A DNA stretch of 28,499 nt, taken from the IMG/VR virus record IMGVR_UViG_3300033076_001405, positions 1-28,499 of that record; one strand, written 5' to 3'. How positions within the stretch are numbered: position 1 is the stretch's first letter; the number at the start of each line of letters is the position of its first letter. Under the pieces are notes generated by a model. The model was not told where the DNA came from and ran no database searches. It saw nothing but the letters and a program-made list of their open reading frames with translations. Source of the DNA: a virus (Duplodnaviria > Caudoviricetes). Of this stretch, positions 9,579 through 16,988 are shown piece by piece. Made by a program: the position numbers and the translations under genes.

Positions 9579-9597
9579 CTTTTGATTTTCTTTTTAA

Positions 9598-10086
9598 TTA
9601 GAAGTTTAATACACAGTAATCAGGTTGAACTACCATTGTAAGGTTTACTGCTGTATCTGCTGTATCCCAGTTATATTCACCAAAGTTTGCACTTGTAATA
9701 AAACATCCTTTTAAAATCCATTCTGATACGATATCACCTACAGGGCCTAATACGTTAAATGTTAGATCTTTTTTATACATATCTGAGTATCCATCACGAC
9801 CTGTTACTGATTCGTGGTGTAAACGTACCCATTCCATTACCGCCTGAGCACCTGATGGTGTAATAGGATCAAATAATGTAAATGTAATAGGATCCCATTT
9901 TGTCACACCTTTAACGTAACGTTGAACGTTAATGTGATTTAATTGAACCGTACCTGAATTTAATGTGATTGCACTAACTCCTTTGATTTCATAAGAAGGG
10001 ATACCATCAATATACATGATAAATCGGTTCGCCTGTTTCGGTTCAAAGGCTGTGAAAAATATTTCGTTGGAATCTAATATTGCCAT
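9598..10086 (-). CDS. gp19: Tail tube protein (T4 gp19-like)
   Basis: FEPKQANRF...KWDPITFTLFDPI...QAVMEW...YKKDLTFNVLGPVGDIVSEWILKGCFITSANFG; 162 aa; follows the sheath gene. Confidence 0.92.
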   Translation of the reverse strand: MAILDSNEIFFTAFEPKQANRFIMYIDGIPSYEIKGVSAITLNSGTVQLNHINVQRYVKGVTKWDPITFTLFDPITPSGAQAVMEWVRLHHESVTGRDGYSDMYKKDLTFNVLGPVGDIVSEWILKGCFITSANFGEYNWDTADTAVNLTMVVQPDYCVLNF

Positions 10087-10108
10087 TTTGTTATTTATTT
10101 AATTCTAT

Positions 10109-10117
10109 TATAAATAT
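10109..10117 (-). promoter_or_regulatory. Putative late promoter motif ATATTTATA
   Basis: Exact 9-mer 22 nt upstream of the tube ATG. Confidence 0.65.
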
Positions 10118-10133
10118 TTAATTTTTAAATTTT

Positions 10134-11858
10134 TTATCCAGGGAATGTAGCACCTGTTGGTAAGATGTTGAAATCTAGATAAATAAATTCTGCTGTTTTA
10201 GTTGGTTGGATATAAATCTGACCTACCATCTGATTTCTATCAACTACATCAGCTGGGTTATTACTATCATCCATAATTACTTTGAAAGCATATAAACCTT
10301 GTTTTTGTTGTACTGTTTCTAAGTACGGGTTTACAGCTGCTAAAAACGCATTTCTTGTAGCTATTGTATTTTGTTCGAATACTAAGTTTTGAGCTACTCC
10401 TGAAATATAGTTTTTAAGAGCAATTAATAAACGACGAACATTTACACGATCAAGAGCAGATGCTTTTTTCTGTAATGTTTTCTGACCATATACTACTACT
10501 CCATTTGCAGGGAATGTAGCTATTGGGTTTACAGCTCCTGTATAAAGGTTATCTCTTTGTGTTTGAGTTAATTTAGTTTCAGCTCTAACTACAAGATTTA
10601 AACCACCTCTATTAATACCAGCTGGTGCAAACCATGGTTCAGATACTGTATCGTTGTAAGCATATACACCTGGGATTACTGTAGATGCTGGGATCCATAC
10701 TAATTGACCTGAATCTGGTTCTGTAATTTGAACCCAAGGCCAATAAGAAGCAGCATATGATGTATTTCTAGTTCCTGCTTGTTGAGTAACAGCGGCAACA
10801 CTTGAACTATAAGCTACTAAATCAGCTACATAAATATTATCACCTCTATTTTGAGTATTGTTAATAATAGTAGTCATTACACCACCGTAATTAGTATCAG
10901 AGTTATATAAACCAGGAGTTACTAATACATTAAATTTGTAAGCATCAGCATTTGCTAAAGCAGCAATAGAAGCTGTATAATTATCTGCTACTAATCCTTG
11001 AGTATTTGTTGATGAAATTTTATCATAAAATAATGCTCCAGCTTTTACCGCACCCGTACCGGCTCCAAAAGATCCACTAGTATTAGCAGGCATATAATCA
11101 GCATATGCTGGGTTTGGATAACCACCGTTAGTAAAGTAATTAGGCATTAAGAAATCTTGGTCAATAGATGATACGTAAACATATCTTGATTGACGAGGAT
11201 AATTACCATATGTTTGAACAGCAAATGTGTTAGGATCAAGAGCTTCATATTGATCACCTATTACTTTAGAAATAAAGTTTGGTTGAGTTGGGTCTAAAGA
11301 TAAATTAGTCCAAGTTTCTAGAATAATTGGGTTATTAGTAGTATCATTACCTTGTCTAATCAATAAATCAAAAGTACCAGATGCGGTATTTGAACTTTGA
11401 ATTTGCCATCTAAGGTTATAATTAGAACCTGATGCTAATGAACCACTAGCGTCTAATGAACTTGAACTGTTCATAATAGCACCTACAGAAACAGTAGTTA
11501 AAGTAAATGCACTACCACTAGCAATAGCACCGGCTGTACTTCCTGAAACAAATGAAGATGTAGCGCTTGTATAAGAACCACTGACTACTCTAGTTACTAA
11601 TAAAGTTTCACCCCCGTTTGCGAAGAAATTATAAGCTGCAATAGATGTAAAGAATGAATATACATTACTAGCACTTAAAAAAGTTGAACCAAATTTGCTT
11701 GTATAATCACTATACGAAGTAACAATAGTTGGAACTTCTTTAGGTCCTATTACTGTAGGTCCAACAATAGCTGCACTATTTCTAATAGGTCCAGTAGATA
11801 CAAATGAGTTATCATTTTCTCTTGCAAGTACACCTGGGGATATTAATGTTTCTGCCAT
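10134..11858 (-). CDS. gp18: Tail sheath protein (T4 gp18-like)
   Basis: SPGVLAREND, YAASYWPWV, PWFAPAGINRG, VNPIATFP, GQKTLQ, LDRVNVRRLL, FEQN, IQPTKTAEFI are hallmark sheath motifs. Confidence 0.96.
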   Translation of the reverse strand: MAETLISPGVLARENDNSFVSTGPIRNSAAIVGPTVIGPKEVPTIVTSYSDYTSKFGSTFLSASNVYSFFTSIAAYNFFANGGETLLVTRVVSGSYTSATSSFVSGSTAGAIASGSAFTLTTVSVGAIMNSSSSLDASGSLASGSNYNLRWQIQSSNTASGTFDLLIRQGNDTTNNPIILETWTNLSLDPTQPNFISKVIGDQYEALDPNTFAVQTYGNYPRQSRYVYVSSIDQDFLMPNYFTNGGYPNPAYADYMPANTSGSFGAGTGAVKAGALFYDKISSTNTQGLVADNYTASIAALANADAYKFNVLVTPGLYNSDTNYGGVMTTIINNTQNRGDNIYVADLVAYSSSVAAVTQQAGTRNTSYAASYWPWVQITEPDSGQLVWIPASTVIPGVYAYNDTVSEPWFAPAGINRGGLNLVVRAETKLTQTQRDNLYTGAVNPIATFPANGVVVYGQKTLQKKASALDRVNVRRLLIALKNYISGVAQNLVFEQNTIATRNAFLAAVNPYLETVQQKQGLYAFKVIMDDSNNPADVVDRNQMVGQIYIQPTKTAEFIYLDFNILPTGATFPG

Positions 11859-11880
11859 TTTAAAATTAATTTTGTTTTGT

Positions 11881-11889
11881 TATAAATAT
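11881..11889 (-). promoter_or_regulatory. Putative late promoter motif ATATTTATA
   Basis: Exact 9-mer 22 nt upstream of the sheath ATG. Confidence 0.65.
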
Positions 11890-11906
11890 GTAAAAATTTT
11901 TCAAAA

Positions 11907-12146
11907 TCAGGTTTTTACAAATGTACCTGTATTTAGGTTTATTATTCCTTCTCCATATTTTTGTTGTAACAAAACACCTAATTTTTCTTGAATGGTGTTA
12001 ATTTCTTGTAACTGGTTTAAAAGATTTAATTTTTTAGTTTGGTATTCTGTTTCTAGATGTCCGAAACTATTAATTAATAAATCTTTTTTACTTTTTAAAT
12101 CTAATATAGTTGATAACTCTTCTGGGGATAAAATAATATTATCCAT
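11907..12146 (-). CDS. Small coiled-coil protein (79 aa from MDNIIL...), possible fibre chaperone
   Basis: ATG at 12146 lies 1 nt after the heptosyltransferase stop, a more plausible start than 12182. Heptad-like Leu pattern, then KYGEGIINLNTGTF. Confidence 0.7.
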   Translation of the reverse strand: MDNIILSPEELSTILDLKSKKDLLINSFGHLETEYQTKKLNLLNQLQEINTIQEKLGVLLQQKYGEGIINLNTGTFVKT

Positions 12147-12147
12147 A

Positions 12148-13347
12148 TTAATAAATATTAAGGACTTTATTAAGAGATTCAATCACTCTAAAAGGTTTGA
12201 TTGTTTTTGTACATTCAAATTGTTTGTATGTATTTTTGTTTTCAGGACACCATTCCCAATCACCTGGGTTGAGCCAATGTTTATTAAAACATCCTGTACA
12301 TACATTAGTATCATAATTAAAAATACGCTCACAATCAGTAAATTCACTATAAGGTAAACTAAATCCTGAAATTAAAATTACACGGGTACCAATAGACCAT
12401 GCTAGCCAAGATAACCCACTACCAACACCTATAAAAGCATCAGCATATTTTATATCGGTCATTCTATCTTCAAGTGGATAATTTCCGGTTTTATCAATTA
12501 CATTTTTTAAGGTTCCACCTAATTTAGAATCATGCCATTTATCTCCTAATTTTTCATGAGTAATCATTACTACTTTGTAACCTTGCTCATTTAAATAATC
12601 AATTACAGCTTGCCAACCACCCTTATGATTCCAATACTTAGCATGAGCAGAAGCATGAGGAGCAATAACTACATATTTACCATCAATTTGTTTAGTTTTA
12701 GTAGGTATTGTTATTTTAGGTTTAATTTCATTATATTTTAATCCTAAAACAGATGATGCTGTTTCACCAAGAGGATGTTGTTTAAAATCAATTGGAATTT
12801 TTGTTTTAACAACCTCTTTATTATCATAAAACCAACCTATATTATACATGGCATATAAATCATGTACTTCAGTTCCAGGACTAACAAATTCTAATTCAGG
12901 ATATTCTTTTTCAAACCATTCATTATGGAATGTAGAACAAATTACGTGACATTGATGTTTTTTTCTAAATTCATCAATAAAAGGAAACCATGCTAATGTA
13001 TCTCCAATAGCTGATGATTCTAAATGAATATAAACTCTTTTATTTTGAGCATTATAATCATGTTCAAATACTAATTCATTATTTTCTTTATCATATACTT
13101 CAATTCTCCATTCTATAAAATATTCAATACCGGGTTGGGTCCACATATTGTTTGTAATTTCGGTTTCGTAAATGATTTTATCATTTACTTTATCGATAAA
13201 TCTAATAATATATTTTTTAGATTCAGAACCTAATATTTCTAAAAATGCCCCTTTTAAAAAATGGAAATTGAATTTATTTACATCTTTTTTATAAGGTAAA
13301 TTTAATTGAATAATATTATTATACTCTTTAATTAAGACTTCTTTCAT
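12148..13347 (-). CDS. Aah/TibC-like (autotransporter strand-loop-strand) protein O-heptosyltransferase homologue, GT-B fold, with 4-Cys iron finger
   Basis: N-terminal beta module (FNFHFLKGAFLEI...YFIEWRIEV), SSAIGDTLAWFPFIDEFRKKHQC, AKYWNHKGGW, FIGVGSGLSWLAWSIG..LISGFS..YSEF, and CTGC-x13-WCP-x9-FEC. Confidence 0.88.
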   Translation of the reverse strand: MKEVLIKEYNNIIQLNLPYKKDVNKFNFHFLKGAFLEILGSESKKYIIRFIDKVNDKIIYETEITNNMWTQPGIEYFIEWRIEVYDKENNELVFEHDYNAQNKRVYIHLESSAIGDTLAWFPFIDEFRKKHQCHVICSTFHNEWFEKEYPELEFVSPGTEVHDLYAMYNIGWFYDNKEVVKTKIPIDFKQHPLGETASSVLGLKYNEIKPKITIPTKTKQIDGKYVVIAPHASAHAKYWNHKGGWQAVIDYLNEQGYKVVMITHEKLGDKWHDSKLGGTLKNVIDKTGNYPLEDRMTDIKYADAFIGVGSGLSWLAWSIGTRVILISGFSLPYSEFTDCERIFNYDTNVCTGCFNKHWLNPGDWEWCPENKNTYKQFECTKTIKPFRVIESLNKVLNIY

Positions 13348-14278
13348 ATATAACTTGTAATTCTTTTGAACGATTAAACCATGATAATTCTCTAGATGTA
13401 TTGAAAACTCTTTGTCTATATGATTCCCAATTTAATACAATATCTTTTAAACCTTTATCCATTTCAAATATATCTCTAGGAGCTCTCCAAGCACCATGAA
13501 AATCTGTTTCTCTTTCCCAATCAGCAATAATAGGTAAACCAGCAGCTGCTGCTTCAACCATTGTTAAATTAGGATGTCCAGCTTCTAACATAGTTGGATG
13601 GACAAAAATATCATGTTCATGATATAATTCTAACAATTTAGTATTAGGAGTATCAAATACCAAATTTAATTTAGAATAATTTAACATCCATAAATGATCA
13701 TTAAAAAATCTTTTATTATCTGAGGGGCCTGCTATGGTTATTTCAAGATTATTTAGCATTGCTAGTCCTAAACCATATGTAAATCCTTTTCTATCAAATG
13801 TAGCATTGCCTGCTAAACCATTATTTGCTACCATCAATAATTTTGGATTTATTGGTGTAGGTTTTTTGATTGGATAAAAATCATTTGTGTTTACACCATG
13901 AGAAAAATATACACATTTTGGATGTTCAAAATAATCAACTAAAAAACGAGCAGGCATTAAAGATATAACAGAACCTTCAATTGCTTTTAGATTTTCCTTA
14001 TAAACATAAGAATCTTTACCATAATGATAAGCATGATGATCATGTAATTGATATATATAAGGAATCCCTCTTTCAGCTAATTGGATTGCTAAGTTAGCAA
14101 CATGGCAATGTACAATATCATATTCTCCTGGTTGGATATGAGAGGTCATTTTAATATCTACTTCATGCCCTAATTCTCTTAAATTATTATAAAATTCCCA
14201 TACTATTTTTTCAATAGCTCCCCATGCTGGAGGAGGAATAGGGATACCACAACCTGGATCTACTTGGCAAATTTTCAT
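13328..14278 (-). CDS. Glycosyltransferase family 4 (GT-B)
   Basis: PIPPPAWGAIEKIV, GHEVD, DIVHCH, HGVNTNDFYP, RKGF, HDIFVHPTMLEAGHPNLTMVEAAAAGLPII. Confidence 0.9.
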   Translation of the reverse strand: MKICQVDPGCGIPIPPPAWGAIEKIVWEFYNNLRELGHEVDIKMTSHIQPGEYDIVHCHVANLAIQLAERGIPYIYQLHDHHAYHYGKDSYVYKENLKAIEGSVISLMPARFLVDYFEHPKCVYFSHGVNTNDFYPIKKPTPINPKLLMVANNGLAGNATFDRKGFTYGLGLAMLNNLEITIAGPSDNKRFFNDHLWMLNYSKLNLVFDTPNTKLLELYHEHDIFVHPTMLEAGHPNLTMVEAAAAGLPIIADWERETDFHGAWRAPRDIFEMDKGLKDIVLNWESYRQRVFNTSRELSWFNRSKELQVIYERSLN

Positions 14279-16935
14279 TCTTGAACGAATATTAATGGGT
14301 TATCAGTTTTACTATCTTTAATGGTTTGTTCTATAATACTAAAACCAGGAAGGTGTTTTGTGTATATTTTTTCGGCTGTTCCTATTTTTAATTGAGCAAC
14401 ATTACACATCCATAAATCAATAGCATCCCAAGGAAGTATTTCTAATAATTCTTTAATTTTTTTAGTTTTAAGATTATTAATCAAATATGATTGTGCTGGG
14501 ATAAATGGGGTTACATTTGTATAAATGTCTTCAATTTTAGGGCCATTTAAATTTCTATCTTGCCATGGATTACCAAAACCAATTACATCCATATCTGTTT
14601 GGTAGGATAATCTATTAAATCTGATTAAGGATTCATATAATTCTTGATAACTGCTATCAATTATAACATCACCTTCAACAATTAATACAAAATCATATTC
14701 ATTATTATCTTCAGCACATATAGCATTTTTATGTGCTAAATAACACCCATAATGCCCAGGGGCTAATTTATAATATCCAGGTTTATCTTGAACATCTTGA
14801 GGTCTAGCGCAAGTATCTACTGGGGGTAATTCTGTCCAAATTTTATTTATTCTTTGTTCGTATTTAATACCTGTTTTACTACAAAAATCTTTAATATTTT
14901 CTACTGAACGAATTTCTTTAGGATTAGTTTCGGGTTCAGTAACCAAATGCATTAATTTAATTTTTGTATTTGGGTTTTTTATTTCTAATTTACCATTAAA
15001 TTCCAAGTTTGTTACCTGAATGGTAATTTTTTTAAGGATTTTATGATAATTGCTAATTTTATATTCGACTTCCATTCCTTCTTCATATGAAAGAACTTTA
15101 TAATAATCTATTTTACTTTCTACATTTAGTTCATCAAAGAATACTTCATTTTTATCTTTATCACGTACTGTAATTTGAATAAGTCTTGATTCTTTACTAT
15201 TAGAAATTCTAATATAAGGAGCAAATGTATTTGGAATATTAGTAGGTAAAACTGTAAAGTATTCTACTTGAGAAAAATCATGATGGTTAAAAGTTTCTAA
15301 ACTTTTTTGTTCAAACAATTCAATATCTTCAAAATGAATTTTATCTGAACTTCTTTTAAATATATGATACCACATATTTTCAAGTCCATTACTTTCACTT
15401 CCTAATTGATAACGTAAATGTTCATATTCTTCAGCATTAAATATTTGATGAACATGATCAAAAAAGAAATCAGAATTAACAGCACAAAAATAAGTATGTA
15501 AAGCATCACCTTCCGAAGCTTTATATTTACCAAAATATGCTTTTTTGTTATCTAATATTTTTGAAATTTTATCTATGTGATGTACCGATTGTATTGTGTA
15601 ATCAAAATTAAGGAAAAATAATTTTTTATATCCTAAATTTTTAGCTAACGCAGCTCCATTTACGTAATTAGAATGTACACTAGGTCCATGATAAACATCA
15701 TTATCATTTCCTCTTAAATTAATATATACTTTATGGTCTAAATGGTCAGCCCAATAATTACAATAATAAGTATGTTTTGTTAAAATATTATTATTATCTA
15801 CAACAACATAATCTGCTTTTGCTTCAATTTCAAAAGGAACAGGAATATGAGATGTAACTAATACTTTAGTTCCTCGAGCATGAATTGAATCTATTGTTTT
15901 TAATGTAGTTTCAATTACAGCATCACTTATTGGAAATGTCGATAAAATAAATATTTCTTCATTTGGATTTGATTCTTTAATACCTAATTTTTCAGCAATT
16001 TTATCACAATTAGTTTTAAAGTCATCAAACTTTAAATAATTAATAGTTTCAAATTTATCAAAATAATCTAAATAAACAGGAAGATTATATATTAAAGTAG
16101 GAATTTGATAAGAAATTGCTTCTCTAATAACTAAAGGCATTGTTTCTTTATCTTTATCATGTCCACGAGATGTAAATAAAAATAAATCCATTGCCTGATA
16201 AAAAGCATCTACATCTGAGCGTTCATTCCACCAGGTTAAATTTGATGGTTGATTTTGAGCTAAAGGTTCCCAGTACCATTTAAAATTATCGGCTCTGTTT
16301 CCTAAACTATGAAATTCTACATCTGGGAATGATTTGGCGTATTCAAAAAATTCTGCTTGGTTTTTTCTTGATGTATATAAACCAACGTGTAAAACATGTT
16401 TTTTATTAGGATCTAATCCCAATTTAAGTAATGCTTCTTTTCTATCAGGGCGATTAATATATTCAATTGGATATTCTACTAATACTTTAGGAATATTTAA
16501 ATCTTTATATTGTTGAATTTGCCAATTTGATACAAACATAAATTTATCCGGGAAAAATCGTTTGTTATCTGTATCAAAAGATGAATCATGAGATGTTTCT
16601 ACTAATGAATAATTTCGATTTTGCACGTATATTTGACGAGCAATTTCATCATCCATAAAGAATTCGGGAATTTCCTCTAAATGAATTATATCCGGTTGAA
16701 TTTGTTGTATAATGTTAATTAATTCATGTTTATTATCACCTAAGGTAAAGAATTTATTAGAATCAATTAAATTTACTATTTTATTTCTTGTAACTACAAG
16801 AACACCTCCTGTACAATCTACCCATTCTACAAGATAAATTTCAAATTCATCTTTAAGTAATTCTATTTTTTTAGTTAAATATTGTGGGAGTCCGCCTGTT
16901 GATAAATGTGGGGCAATAAATAACAATTTTTGCAT
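14275..16935 (-). CDS. Multidomain glycosyltransferase: N-terminal GT4-like domain, uncharacterised central domain, C-terminal GT25-like domain (886 aa)
   Basis: PHLSTGGLPQY, HVGLYTSRKNQ, DLFLFTS..ETMPLVIREAIS (GT4). GHYGCYLAHKNAI...VLIVEGDVII...AQSYLI...DAIDLWM (GT25/LgtB-like). Confidence 0.85.
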   Translation of the reverse strand: MQKLLFIAPHLSTGGLPQYLTKKIELLKDEFEIYLVEWVDCTGGVLVVTRNKIVNLIDSNKFFTLGDNKHELINIIQQIQPDIIHLEEIPEFFMDDEIARQIYVQNRNYSLVETSHDSSFDTDNKRFFPDKFMFVSNWQIQQYKDLNIPKVLVEYPIEYINRPDRKEALLKLGLDPNKKHVLHVGLYTSRKNQAEFFEYAKSFPDVEFHSLGNRADNFKWYWEPLAQNQPSNLTWWNERSDVDAFYQAMDLFLFTSRGHDKDKETMPLVIREAISYQIPTLIYNLPVYLDYFDKFETINYLKFDDFKTNCDKIAEKLGIKESNPNEEIFILSTFPISDAVIETTLKTIDSIHARGTKVLVTSHIPVPFEIEAKADYVVVDNNNILTKHTYYCNYWADHLDHKVYINLRGNDNDVYHGPSVHSNYVNGAALAKNLGYKKLFFLNFDYTIQSVHHIDKISKILDNKKAYFGKYKASEGDALHTYFCAVNSDFFFDHVHQIFNAEEYEHLRYQLGSESNGLENMWYHIFKRSSDKIHFEDIELFEQKSLETFNHHDFSQVEYFTVLPTNIPNTFAPYIRISNSKESRLIQITVRDKDKNEVFFDELNVESKIDYYKVLSYEEGMEVEYKISNYHKILKKITIQVTNLEFNGKLEIKNPNTKIKLMHLVTEPETNPKEIRSVENIKDFCSKTGIKYEQRINKIWTELPPVDTCARPQDVQDKPGYYKLAPGHYGCYLAHKNAICAEDNNEYDFVLIVEGDVIIDSSYQELYESLIRFNRLSYQTDMDVIGFGNPWQDRNLNGPKIEDIYTNVTPFIPAQSYLINNLKTKKIKELLEILPWDAIDLWMCNVAQLKIGTAEKIYTKHLPGFSIIEQTIKDSKTDNPLIFVQE

Positions 16936-16949
16936 AACAGTCTATTTCC

Positions 16950-16958
16950 CATAAATAT
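16950..16958 (-). promoter_or_regulatory. Variant late promoter motif ATATTTATG upstream of the glycosyltransferase operon
   Basis: 8/9 match to the recurring motif, 14 nt upstream of the ATG at 16935. Confidence 0.55.
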
Positions 16959-16988
16959 ACGTAAAATTACTTAGAATACCAAGTTATA

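Noticed and set aside
801-11858. Extracellular contractile injection system or tailocin instead of a phage
   Set aside because: gp13/gp14-like head-joining genes are present and there are no bacterial flanking genes or eCIS ATPase in view. Capsid genes are outside the window, so this is not fully excluded.
12148-16935. GTs as DNA-modifying (T4 glucosyltransferase-like) or host serotype-conversion enzymes
   Set aside because: Late structural context, no obvious transmembrane GtrABC-type components, and a protein-acceptor family member argue against it. Disfavoured rather than disproved.
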